A DNA stretch of 64,000 nt from Eubacteriales bacterium. Lineage in GTDB: Bacteria; Bacillota; Clostridia; Oscillospirales; CAG-382. The notes under the pieces are model-generated. The model ran no database searches and was not told the DNA's origin. It worked only from the letters and a program-made list of their open reading frames with translations. The translations under genes were made by a program, and so were the position numbers. This document shows, in pieces, positions 1 to 8,465 of this stretch. Numbering within the stretch: the first letter of the stretch is position 1; every line of letters starts with the position of its first letter. The stretch is taken from the NCBI GenBank assembly GCA_045537905.1, contig JAZSQJ010000070.1, forward strand, positions 5,628 to 69,627. Reading direction: 5' to 3'.

Positions 1-434
1 TCCAGCTTGTCTGCTATCTCCTCTACCCTGCCGATAAACTCGGGACCGAACACAAGCATATCTGCCTCTGCCAAGCCAAGACAGTACTTTATCTCGTCAG
101 CCGCATAACGGAAGTTAAGTGGTACAGCCAGGGCACCCGTTTTAAGGATGCCGAAATAGATAGGCAGCCACTCCAGACAGTTCATAAGCAATATTGCAAC
201 CTTGTCACCCTTGCCGATATTACGGGAGAGCAGAAAGTTTGCAAAACGGTTTGCCTTTTCGTTGAACTGTGCCCAGGTTATTTCCTTTCTGAAAGAGGAG
301 GCACCCGTTGCCTCGATAAGGTTATACTCCTTCCAGACAACACGGCGAGGCTGTGCCTCGGGATTAAGCTCCACCAATGCGGAATCCTGACCGTAAAGAT
401 CGCTGTTTTTTTCCAATAATTTTGTTATAGGCAT
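1..434 (-). CDS. AMP-dependent synthetase/ligase (ANL-family acyl-CoA synthetase-like), N-terminal ~144 codons; gene continues past the left edge
   Basis: ATG at 434-432, ten nt downstream of GGAGG (449-445, minus strand). The frame is open to the window edge, so it is missing from the ORF track. Own translation MPITKLLEKNSDLYGQDSALVELNPEAQPRRVVWKEYNLIEATGASSFRKEITWAQFNEKANRFANFLLSRNIGKGDKVAILLMNCLEWLPIYFGILKTGALAVPLNFRY... matches the N-terminal region of adenylate-forming CoA ligases. Confidence 0.8.
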   Translation of the reverse strand, partial: MPITKLLEKNSDLYGQDSALVELNPEAQPRRVVWKEYNLIEATGASSFRKEITWAQFNEKANRFANFLLSRNIGKGDKVAILLMNCLEWLPIYFGILKTGALAVPLNFRYAADEIKYCLGLAEADMLVFGPEFIGRVEEIADKL

Positions 435-458
435 AATGGATATACCTCCTTTGATTTA

Positions 459-495
459 CAAACTAAAACGGGTACTGCGGCATTGGCAGCACCCG
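459..495 (-). terminator. Intrinsic-terminator-like hairpin inside the 5' leader of the ligase gene (candidate attenuator)
   Basis: Minus-strand RNA reads CGGGUGCUGC-CAAUGCC-GCAGUACCCG (10-bp stem including one G.U pair, 7-nt loop) followed by UUUUAGUUUG. It lies between a leader sORF and the ligase RBS. Confidence 0.55.
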
Positions 496-550
496 ATAAA
501 CATCTCATAAAGCTGAAATATGCTTAACCTGTACAAAACGCCAACGCAAA

Positions 551-616
551 TCAAACGCAACAATAATAAGTGCAGTAATAATAAAATGCGTATGCGTAAA
601 TGCGTATATTAAACAT
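551..616 (-). CDS. 21-codon leader sORF MFNIRIYAYAFYYYCTYYCCV (7 Tyr, 3 Cys)
   Basis: ATG 616-614, TGA 553-551; GGAGG at 630-626 with a 9-nt spacer. It sits between a sigma-A-like promoter and a terminator hairpin. Too short for the ORF track; coding status unproven. Confidence 0.35.
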   Translation of the reverse strand: MFNIRIYAYAFYYYCTYYCCV

Positions 617-645
617 ACCCAAAAGCCTCCTTACAGGATATATGC

Positions 646-674
646 ATAATAACACAATTTTTACCCTTTGTAAA
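646..674 (-). promoter_or_regulatory. Sigma-A-type promoter for the ligase leader
   Basis: Minus strand TTTACA (674-669), 17 nt, TATTAT (651-646), with TG at -15/-14 (extended -10). Confidence 0.5.
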
Positions 675-789
675 GGCTTTTCCCTTAAAAAAACACAAAT
701 TAATATAGTATAATTGCGGGGTTTACAAAAAATTCACCAACTTTTACCGTGGCTGTGTATAATATTCTTATGACTTGGAGGTGTTTTAT

Positions 790-1419
790 TTGAAATATAC
801 ACATATAATCTGGGACTTTAACGGCACTATACTGGACGACGTTTTGCCCTGCCTGGACGTGGTTAACGCCCTGCTTGACAGGCGCGGACTTAAAACCGTT
901 AACATTGATACGTATAAAAAGGTGTTTGGCTTCCCTATCAAGGACTATTACAGGGCTGTTGGCTTTGATTTCAGCGTGGAAAGCTATGAGGAGCTGGCTG
1001 ACGAATGGGCAGAGCTATACCGAAATGCTGCCGAAAGCTGCACCCTTTGCGAAGGAGTTGAGAGTGCCCTCGCCCACTTTGCCTCCCTTGGTCTGAAGCA
1101 GATAATACTTTCCGCTACAGAAAAGAATTTGTTAAGGGCACAGCTTGCCCCTTTAGGAATTGAAAGCTATTTTGAGGAGACCCTTGCACTGGATAACCTC
1201 CTTGCCGTAAGCAAGGTGGAGCTGGGCAAGGAATGGATAAAAAGAGAGCGTCCCCAAAAGGCACTGTTTATCGGTGACACCGTACACGACTTTGAAACTG
1301 CAAAAGCAATGGGAGTGGACTGCGTGCTTATCGCCAAAGGACACCAGTGCAAGAAGCGTTTATCCGCTATGGGAGTACCCGTTTTGGATAGTGTTTTGGA
1401 TTTGATAAAGCTGATATAA
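790..1419 (+). CDS. HAD-superfamily hydrolase (phosphoglycolate-phosphatase-like subfamily IA)
   Basis: ORF track 775..1419. The likely start is TTG 790, 7 nt after GGAGG (778-782). Motif I WDFNGTILDD (Asn at the Asp+2 position instead of the usual DxDGT), motif II ILSATEKN, motif IV FIGDTVHD. Confidence 0.8.
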   Translation: MKYTHIIWDFNGTILDDVLPCLDVVNALLDRRGLKTVNIDTYKKVFGFPIKDYYRAVGFDFSVESYEELADEWAELYRNAAESCTLCEGVESALAHFASLGLKQIILSATEKNLLRAQLAPLGIESYFEETLALDNLLAVSKVELGKEWIKRERPQKALFIGDTVHDFETAKAMGVDCVLIAKGHQCKKRLSAMGVPVLDSVLDLIKLI

Positions 1420-1482
1420 AGGTATTATCAAAAGCTTTGAAGATATTATCGTTAAAACCGCAGATAGAATTTAACCGCTGGG

Positions 1483-1514
1483 TTAAGGACCGTCGAGGAC
1501 GCCAGTCCCTACAA
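1483..1514. repeat. 32-bp hairpin motif ttaaggaccgtcgaggacgccagtccctacaa (intact paralogue of the IS481 target site at 43.4/44.7 kb)
   Basis: Nearly identical to the sequence rebuilt from the two flanks of the IS (ttaggaccgtcgaggac + gccggtccctacaa). GGAC(CG)...(CG/CA)GTCC arms can form a short stem. Both copies lie ~65 nt downstream of plus-strand genes. Confidence 0.7.
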
Positions 1515-1585
1515 ATAACTCCTTTAGTATTTTCGTTTTTTGTTGACTGTTTATATATTTGATATTAATATTTAATATGATATTA

Positions 1586-1873
1586 AAAAGTTTAGCGTGG
1601 TACTAACAGTGCCATGCTAAACTACTTCTTAATTCAATATGTTATTTTCTTGCGGTCTACGCCATTTTTACATCGCAGGGATAGGAAAAATTGTTCCGAA
1701 TGGGCGAACAGAACCCGAAGCTGTACTCAGTACTGCGAGTGGTTCTGTTCGTCCATAGCAAAAATTATATAATACAAATAAAGCTAAAGGTGGTACTTCT
1801 GTGCCACCTTTAACTACTTCTTAACTAATTAATTTCAATTTTTGCGCTCGGGACTATTTTTACATCTCTGCTA
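1586..1873. repeat. Composite intergenic repeat: two diverged ~95-bp direct-repeat units, each with a hairpin, bracketing a 95-bp core
   Basis: Units 1586-1680 and 1776-1873 align by eye at roughly 70% identity. Their hairpins are at 1591-1621 and 1785-1812, both followed by ctacttcttaa and ending in atttttacatc. The core 1681-1775 has a perfect 11-bp stem cgaacagaacc/ggttctgttcg (1705-1715 / 1741-1751) around ctgtactcagtactgcgag. The same module is found in the 222-bp elements at 13.4 and 31.4 kb. Confidence 0.6.
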
Positions 1874-2854
1874 GTAGTTAAAGCCCTTAAGCTCGGTAGG
1901 ATTAGCCCACCTGCCGCTTTGCTTCTTTTCTGCATAGTCGCGAAGCTGTTCCGTCCATGCATTGAAGGCATACTGATTAAGGTGGCAGGCAACTGCCGCA
2001 CCTACGTCACTGCAGAACTCGGTACCCAGACAGCCGCCGTCATCTATAAGTGCATAGGCTACGTCGATAAAATCTATGCCGTTTTGGTTGCAGTAATCAA
2101 GAACCCTTGTGTTGAAGGTGTGGATACTGCCGTTATTGAGCTTATGGGTCATATTGTTGCTGGAGCTATGAAGATAGGTGTTGCCCATTACCGCAACGGT
2201 AAGGGTGGGATAGGTGCTTTTAAGCTCGTTTACAAGGGATACGAACAAATTATAGGTCTCGTTAACGCCTGTCATCCCGTCCTTATACATAGCTATATCG
2301 TTAAGTGCCATAAGGGAGAGATAAACCGTTTTTACACCCATTTTGCCTACAGCGTCGGTTATGTTAAGCTTTTCGCCACGGAATACGGGCCACGCACAGT
2401 CTGCCTGAGAGGCGTTTTGGTTTTTGTTGTTATAGAAGCTGAAGCTTGCCGCCGCAAAGAAGGAGGCGTCACCCAGCAGACCGCTGTTTGTAGCACGGTT
2501 GGTGCTTACATAGTTTTTGTAATGAAGCATTATAGAGTTGCCCACGAATACAGAGCCGTTGAAGTAGCTGTCGTTTACGTCTGCCTCAAGCTCGTAGTTG
2601 GTGTAGTAGGCTACCCTTTCGCTATAGCTTTCGGGATAGATGGGGGTGTAAACAGGGGGAGCTACCGACTCTGCAGAGGACTCCTCTACACTGGGGATAT
2701 ATTGACTTTCCTCGCTGAAAGCAGAACCGTTTTCTTCCCCCGATTGCTCCGATATCACCTCGGAGCTACCCGTTTCCAGATTAACGTCAACACAGGAAAC
2801 CAGTGCTGACAGTGTAAATATTATGCTTAAAAATAACGCTATTGTTTTCTTCAT
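1871..2854 (-). CDS. Lipoprotein, SGNH/GDSL-hydrolase-like (function uncertain)
   Basis: Signal peptide with lipobox (LSALVSC); Ser/Glu-rich linker; VFVGNSIM resembles SGNH block I with Asn for Asp. Confidence 0.5.
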   Translation of the reverse strand: MKKTIALFLSIIFTLSALVSCVDVNLETGSSEVISEQSGEENGSAFSEESQYIPSVEESSAESVAPPVYTPIYPESYSERVAYYTNYELEADVNDSYFNGSVFVGNSIMLHYKNYVSTNRATNSGLLGDASFFAAASFSFYNNKNQNASQADCAWPVFRGEKLNITDAVGKMGVKTVYLSLMALNDIAMYKDGMTGVNETYNLFVSLVNELKSTYPTLTVAVMGNTYLHSSSNNMTHKLNNGSIHTFNTRVLDYCNQNGIDFIDVAYALIDDGGCLGTEFCSDVGAAVACHLNQYAFNAWTEQLRDYAEKKQSGRWANPTELKGFNY

Positions 2855-2869
2855 TTCTTTTCCTTTCTT

Positions 2870-4078
2870 TCACTGCATATAGGATATAAATTTTATTGCT
2901 TCTTCAGTTAAAGCTTCTTTAGTATTTTCTGTACCACCGTGGACGCAGATATACAAATGCTCCAGCACCTTGCCTATGTCCTTGCCATCCTTTACACCGA
3001 TAGCCTTTATATCCCCGCCCTTAAGCATAAGCTCAGCCGGATTAATGGGCAGGATACCCTTTTCCAGCTTGTCAAGCCGTGACAGACAATCGGTACAGAA
3101 AGCCTTGCCCTCTGCAACGGACACTGCGTACATAAGCCTTGTGTTCTGTATTCCCCTTCTTCTGGCGGTAAGGGCGAGAGACAAAGCCGTATCGAAGCAG
3201 CTTTCATACATAGCCTCTGCCGCAGACAGCACCTGTAACAGGGTTTTTGTGTCCGGCTTAAGCTTTAATATCAAAGCCCTTGCACCGTCTACACTGCCTC
3301 CAAGATAAGCAAAAAAGTATGCAAGCCTGCAGTCCCCATCCAAGGACCGAAGAGCCTTAAGCAAAGGCTCTGCCTCCTCCGGGCATTCTGCCCCTGTAGC
3401 CGTACACAGAACGGGAAGAAAAGCACCTGCAAGCCTTGGACACCGTTCGGTGACAAAAAAAGCCTTAAGCTCAGCCAAAACACGTTCTGCCGCTATGTTT
3501 TTAATAAGCTCCTTTTGCTCCAGGATAGCGGTGGCGGTGTTTTCCTCAAGGGTAAAGTCAAGCCTGGCGGCAAAACGGAGAGCACGAAGGATACGCAGTG
3601 CATCCTCCTTAAAACGCTGTTCTGCCTTCCCAACGCACCTTATTACCCCTGCCTGTAAATCGGTAATACCGCCGTGGAAGTCCAGCACGCCCTCTGAGGG
3701 GCTGTAGCACAGAGCGTTTACCGTAAAGTCCCTGCGGGCGGTGTCCTCCTCTATACTCCCTACAAACTCCACTCTGTCGGGATGGCGGTTATCCGTATAC
3801 CCACCCTCCTTGCGGAAGCTTGTAAGCTCCACACTGTAGATGCCGTATATAAGGGTTACCGTACCGTGTTTTATGCCCGTGGGGATAACGGTGCAATCCG
3901 AAAACAGCTCCATAACCTTATCAGGCGTGGCAGAGCTGGCTATATCGTAATCGTGAGGGACCTTTCCCAAAAGAGCATCCCTTACACAGCCGCCTACAAA
4001 ATAGGCACGGTATCCTGCCTTCTCAAGCCTTGCCACCACTTCAAGCAGGGGCTTTGGAAAAACGAAAGCCATTTTCAT
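2870..4078 (-). CDS. cca: CCA-adding tRNA nucleotidyltransferase
   Basis: YFVGGCVRDALLGKVPHDYDIA nucleotidyltransferase motif, RRDFTVNA, ERxxxEL head/neck motifs; 402 aa. Confidence 0.9.
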   Translation of the reverse strand: MKMAFVFPKPLLEVVARLEKAGYRAYFVGGCVRDALLGKVPHDYDIASSATPDKVMELFSDCTVIPTGIKHGTVTLIYGIYSVELTSFRKEGGYTDNRHPDRVEFVGSIEEDTARRDFTVNALCYSPSEGVLDFHGGITDLQAGVIRCVGKAEQRFKEDALRILRALRFAARLDFTLEENTATAILEQKELIKNIAAERVLAELKAFFVTERCPRLAGAFLPVLCTATGAECPEEAEPLLKALRSLDGDCRLAYFFAYLGGSVDGARALILKLKPDTKTLLQVLSAAEAMYESCFDTALSLALTARRRGIQNTRLMYAVSVAEGKAFCTDCLSRLDKLEKGILPINPAELMLKGGDIKAIGVKDGKDIGKVLEHLYICVHGGTENTKEALTEEAIKFISYMQ

Positions 4079-4081
4079 AAA

Positions 4082-4564
4082 TCAGATGGGAAGGTCGTAA
4101 TTACCGTGGGGGGTATTGAAGTCGGAGCCGTTTACCGTAAGGCGTACAAGCTCCACACCGAAGCAGGATTTAAGGGTCTTTACGGTGCCGTACATAGAAA
4201 AATACTCCTGGGCAGAGCTACCCGTTGCCTTCTTAAGCTCACCATCAAAATCAATGTGCAGGGTATTACCTTTTATATACCAATTGTTTACACCAACCTT
4301 TACGTCGCCGTAATTCCCCAGCTCGTAAAGGGTGTCTATTATATCCTGGGCGGTACCGTCAAACTCCTTCTCAGCCGTAAGGTAGTTATTAAAATCCTCA
4401 TCGGGATAGTAAAAGGTACCCTTACCGCCGTCTCTGCTGGTAACGATATCGTCGTTAATCTCGGATTTTGTGCCCGAGCTATCGACGTTATTATCACCGC
4501 CTGCACAAGCGGTAAAAATAAGCATTACACTGATAACTAATGCTGACAGTCTTAAAAGCTTCAT
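4082..4564 (-). CDS. GerMN-domain lipoprotein
   Basis: Lipobox IFTAC. C-terminal GTVKTLKSCFGVELVRLTVNGSDF is typical of GerMN (sporulation/germination) domains. Confidence 0.55.
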   Translation of the reverse strand: MKLLRLSALVISVMLIFTACAGGDNNVDSSGTKSEINDDIVTSRDGGKGTFYYPDEDFNNYLTAEKEFDGTAQDIIDTLYELGNYGDVKVGVNNWYIKGNTLHIDFDGELKKATGSSAQEYFSMYGTVKTLKSCFGVELVRLTVNGSDFNTPHGNYDLPI

Positions 4565-4579
4565 AATAAATACCTCCGT

Positions 4580-4978
4580 TTACTTATGGGTCCAAGCCAG
4601 CTCCCAATCCAAAAGGAGACTTACTGCCTTACCCTCTACCTTTATTGCCACGCTAAGACCCTGTCTTATGCTTAGCCATTCCTCCCCGTCAGGGTCATAC
4701 TTAACCACCTTGCATTTTACAGGGTAGAGCAGATAATGCTTCTGACTCCCCTCCCTCTCCCCCGGCTCATACGCCCAAAGGTCGGGACACTTTGCGGCAA
4801 CCACACCAAGCTCCTCCAAAAAAGCAAGGCTTGACCTGTCCATGGCACTTATCTGCTCGTCAAAATTACGGCAAACGGGACACTGACATCTTTGCCTGGT
4901 GTACTGCCCCGTGCTGTATGCACCGTTGGTGGCGGCAATATCTATATCAATTACGTTGTTGCCTGTAGAAAACAGCAT
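4580..4978 (-). CDS. Hypothetical protein (CxCPxC-containing)
   Basis: 132-aa ORF at the head of the same minus-strand gene string; no motif recognised. Confidence 0.4.
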   Translation of the reverse strand: MLFSTGNNVIDIDIAATNGAYSTGQYTRQRCQCPVCRNFDEQISAMDRSSLAFLEELGVVAAKCPDLWAYEPGEREGSQKHYLLYPVKCKVVKYDPDGEEWLSIRQGLSVAIKVEGKAVSLLLDWELAWTHK

Positions 4979-5050
4979 AGCAGCCTCCCGGGTTTTTACT
5001 TAACATATTTTAACATTATTTATTCTTTTTTGCAACACTCTTTTTGCATA

Positions 5051-5079
5051 TTGATTTTATTAAAAAATAGTGTTATAAT
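5051..5079 (+). promoter_or_regulatory. Sigma-A-type promoter of the dockerin phosphoesterase gene
   Basis: TTGATT (5051-5056), 17 nt, TGtTATAAT (5071-5079); AAGGAGG at 5087-5093; ATG at 5103. Confidence 0.6.
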
Positions 5080-5102
5080 ACCAAAAAAGGAGGTTTTGTG
5101 TT

Positions 5103-6692
5103 ATGAAACGCATTTTCACTTTACTGCTTTGTATGACCCTTTGTTTTAGTTTTCTGGCTGTTCCTGCCGTTTTTGAAGCAGGTGCCGCTACCAGCACCAG
5201 CGTTTACGTGATTTGTGCCAACCCCGGCGAAAACTGCGATACGGAAATAGGCATTAGCTGGCACTCTGATTTCGATTGCACCGCTTGCTTCGTGGAATAT
5301 AAGCCTGCCTCTGAAAGCGGCTGGGACAACGTTACCACCGTTGCGGGTACCTATAACGATACCGATTATAAGTATTTTTTAGGTAACACCTTTGCAACCT
5401 CTGCTGCAGAGCCTGTTTTTTCCGAGGAGCATAAGTTTTTGAATTACGGTGCAGACCTTACAGGACTTAAGCCTGCAACCAGATACAAGTACCGCATAGG
5501 CGACGGTAAGGGCAGCTATTCCTCTACCCGTTATTTCAAGACCTCCGGTGCGGAGGAGTACAGCTTTGTTTGGATAAGCGACTTCCATACATACTCCCCT
5601 CTCGGCGGCAGACTTTCTGCGGCAACAAATGCAGTAGCATACGCAGCAAGCCAGTCCACCAACGGTATCGATATGATTTTCAGCACGGGTGATACCGTAG
5701 CATACGGCGGCAGCCACTATTTTTGGAAACAGCTTTATAACGTGAATTGGATAAAAAACTATCTGTATCTTGACCTTAACGGCAACCACGATAATATGAA
5801 CAATACGGATAGCAACAACACCTTCAACTATTTCCGTACCACCCACAACAACCCCGAAAACTGCTTCCTTGGGGACAGCACTACCCCCTACGAGCCCGGT
5901 GTTGTTTATTACACCCTTTATAACGATATTCTTTGGTTCTTCTTTGATAACGAAACTATGAACGCTACCGTCCGTGCACAGCTTCAGGACTGGGCAGGTA
6001 AGGTTATCGAGGAAATGGAAGGCAAATATAAGTATTTGTTTATTTCCGAGCATTATCAGTGGTTTAGCGGCAACACAGGTGCCGACAGCCATTACGGTAA
6101 CTGGTCAGATTTTTGTGACAAGTACGGTGTTGATATTGCCTTTGCAGGTAACAACCACATTTATGCCCGCACCCATAGACTTTACGACGGTGCTGTAGTT
6201 GACGCTGATGCCGACAAGGGTACATATTACATCCAAGCCGCTTCTTCCGACTGCGAAAGAGGTACCACGGGTACGCTTGTAGAGCCTGCAACCTATAACA
6301 ACGATATACTTGCTTACCGTTATAAGAATACGGCTGACCCTGCACGCACCCACGGCGTTTCTCTTATAAGCGTAACGAAAGAGGGCATTACCTTAAAGAT
6401 GTTTGCCTCCGAGAACAAGAGCCAGTCCGCACCTGCCTTTGAGCTTAAGGACGAGGTATTTATTACCCCCAAGCGTGCAGACGTGGATAAGGGCTACGAA
6501 ACAGGTACCAAGGGCGATGCCAACGGCGACGGCAAGGTTAACAACCTTGACGCTACCGAGATACTTAAGTATGACGCAGGCATTACCAACTCTATCCCTT
6601 CCGTTGCAGACGTAAACTCCGACACCAAGGTTAACAACCTTGATGCTACCGAGGTACTTAAGTACGATGCAGGCATTATAAACGGCTTCTAA
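5103..6692 (+). CDS. Secreted calcineurin-like metallophosphoesterase with C-terminal dockerin
   Basis: Signal peptide. Phosphoesterase motifs WISDFH, TGDTVAYGG, LNGNHD, FISEHY, AGNNHIY. The C-terminus has duplicated Ca-binding segments GDANGDGKVNNLDATEILKYDAG and DVNSDTKVNNLDATEVLKYDAG (dockerin type). Confidence 0.8.
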   Translation: MKRIFTLLLCMTLCFSFLAVPAVFEAGAATSTSVYVICANPGENCDTEIGISWHSDFDCTACFVEYKPASESGWDNVTTVAGTYNDTDYKYFLGNTFATSAAEPVFSEEHKFLNYGADLTGLKPATRYKYRIGDGKGSYSSTRYFKTSGAEEYSFVWISDFHTYSPLGGRLSAATNAVAYAASQSTNGIDMIFSTGDTVAYGGSHYFWKQLYNVNWIKNYLYLDLNGNHDNMNNTDSNNTFNYFRTTHNNPENCFLGDSTTPYEPGVVYYTLYNDILWFFFDNETMNATVRAQLQDWAGKVIEEMEGKYKYLFISEHYQWFSGNTGADSHYGNWSDFCDKYGVDIAFAGNNHIYARTHRLYDGAVVDADADKGTYYIQAASSDCERGTTGTLVEPATYNNDILAYRYKNTADPARTHGVSLISVTKEGITLKMFASENKSQSAPAFELKDEVFITPKRADVDKGYETGTKGDANGDGKVNNLDATEILKYDAGITNSIPSVADVNSDTKVNNLDATEVLKYDAGIINGF

Positions 6693-6707
6693 AATTTTAT
6701 AAAATGC

Positions 6708-6741
6708 GTGTCTCCCGTTTTTCGGGAGACACAATTTTTTT
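6708..6741 (+). terminator. Rho-independent terminator
   Basis: gtgtctcccg-ttttt-cgggagacac followed by aattttttt. Confidence 0.8.
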
Positions 6742-6815
6742 GCGTTTTTTTAACAAAAACAGGGACTTTATCCGTATAATAGGTGTAAGGTACCTTAAAA
6801 ACGCAGAAAGGAGGG

Positions 6816-7376
6816 GTGGAAGGAGTGGATATATTGCTTGAGGGAAAATCCATAGAAAATAGCTACCGTCAGTTTTTGCAGGGTGATACAAACGCCTTTG
6901 AGGATATTGTAATAAGCTACAGAAAAGGTCTTATTCTTTTTATAAACCGCTACGTAAACGATTTGGATACGGCTGAGGATCTTGCTGAGGACGTGTTTGT
7001 GCGATTGCTTATCAAAAAGCCACGCTATAAGGGAGATGCCTCCTTCAAAACCTGGTTGTTTTCCATAGGCAGAAATCTTAGCATTGATTATCTACGTAAA
7101 GCCGGGAAAGCCTTACCCTGTAAGGATGTACACAAGGGTGAAACGGCAGATGCGGAGGAGGAGTTTTTGTTATCCGAGAGAAAACGCTTAATATATAAAG
7201 CTCTGGACACCCTTCCCGAGGACGAAAAGCTGCTTATGCATCTGCTTTACATTGAAAATCTGGGATACGAACAAGCAGAAAAGGTATTAAAAATATCTAA
7301 AAACAAGCTTTATCAAATTGCACGAAAAGCAAAGGAAAAGCTTAAAGCAGAGCTGATAAAGGAGGACCTTGTATGA
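6816..7376 (+). CDS. ECF-type sigma-70 family RNA polymerase sigma factor
   Basis: Region 2 (DLAEDVFVRLL...FKTWLFSIGRNLSIDYLRK) and region 4 HTH (LPEDEKLLMHLLYIENLGYEQAEKVLKISKNKLYQIARKAKEKL). The exact start is ambiguous (GTG 6816/6825 or TTG 6834). Confidence 0.85.
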   Translation: MEGVDILLEGKSIENSYRQFLQGDTNAFEDIVISYRKGLILFINRYVNDLDTAEDLAEDVFVRLLIKKPRYKGDASFKTWLFSIGRNLSIDYLRKAGKALPCKDVHKGETADAEEEFLLSERKRLIYKALDTLPEDEKLLMHLLYIENLGYEQAEKVLKISKNKLYQIARKAKEKLKAELIKEDLV

Positions 7377-8437
7377 AGGATGACAGACAGTTTATAAACA
7401 GCGTATACCAAAAACGGAACGAAAAGCTTAAACAGTATAAAAAAACAGCCGTGTTTTCTGTAACCGTATTGCTTGTTTTGGCGGTGATGGCAGCCGCTAC
7501 ATTGATTCCGTTAAACCAAGCCGATAAGGGCGTAGAGCATATCACAAACGAAAGCCTTATTATTGCTCTGCCAAATGAAAGCGTTGAAAGCGAGGAGAGC
7601 GAGGTAACAACGGATAAGCCCCTTGAAAACCTTGTGCTTCTTTCCTGCCCCGTAGAAATACCCGAAGAAGACGTCAAAACAAGCCCTGTAAACAATGAGC
7701 CTTCGTTTGTGATTTTTGGGGATGGCGAATGGGAAGCCGGGGATAACGGTGCTTATTATTATTCACGCAAAATTAAGTTTAACAATGAATTCAAATGCTT
7801 TTTAGGTCTCGAAGCAGACCCGTTAAGCACCTACGTTCATAACGGAAAGCCTTTGTCAGAGCTGTTGAAGCGTGACGGTACCGTATATTTATTCAAGGAC
7901 GGCGAGCATAGGCTTTTTAACGAGTTTCAATTAAGCTTTTCCAAATGGGATGCCTACAACGGAGCACGATTAATAAGAACAAAACTGCAGGAAAAAGCAA
8001 ACAACGGTGACAAAACCGCCGCAGAACAGCTTGAAAAATATAAAGACGCCGATCACGAAACCCTGTTTTACGCCTTGGTGTGGAGCACAGACAAAACCAC
8101 GGAGGAAATATCCGAGTTAAACAGGCAGAGAGCAGAGTTTAACAAAATATGGGAGCAATACGAGGAAAGCGGAAAGGATATTTTGAAAACAAGCTACAAG
8201 GAGGAAATTGAAAAGCTTATCTCCGAGGGATATGACCTTAATTACGTAACGGTTAACGGAACGGTAAAGCTGGTTGGAGCCCTTACCGCAGAACAAGCTG
8301 AACACTTTAACGAAGACGAGCGATTTTATTTTATCCCGGTTAGGGCGATAGGTATCCATAAGGATAAGTGGGATTTGGTATTTCCCGGTTCCGATGAAAT
8401 AATAGAGGTGCCAAGAAATTTTGCGGCAGAACAATAG
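7373..8437 (+). CDS. Single-pass membrane protein translationally coupled to the ECF sigma factor (putative anti-sigma/sensor)
   Basis: ATGA overlap with the sigma gene. About 25 cytoplasmic residues, one TM helix (AVFSVTVLLVLAVMAAATLI) and a ~300-aa extracytoplasmic part with no recognised motif. Confidence 0.45.
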   Translation: MKDDRQFINSVYQKRNEKLKQYKKTAVFSVTVLLVLAVMAAATLIPLNQADKGVEHITNESLIIALPNESVESEESEVTTDKPLENLVLLSCPVEIPEEDVKTSPVNNEPSFVIFGDGEWEAGDNGAYYYSRKIKFNNEFKCFLGLEADPLSTYVHNGKPLSELLKRDGTVYLFKDGEHRLFNEFQLSFSKWDAYNGARLIRTKLQEKANNGDKTAAEQLEKYKDADHETLFYALVWSTDKTTEEISELNRQRAEFNKIWEQYEESGKDILKTSYKEEIEKLISEGYDLNYVTVNGTVKLVGALTAEQAEHFNEDERFYFIPVRAIGIHKDKWDLVFPGSDEIIEVPRNFAAEQ

Positions 8438-8465
8438 AATACTTGTTTAGCAATTTGATCCATAA

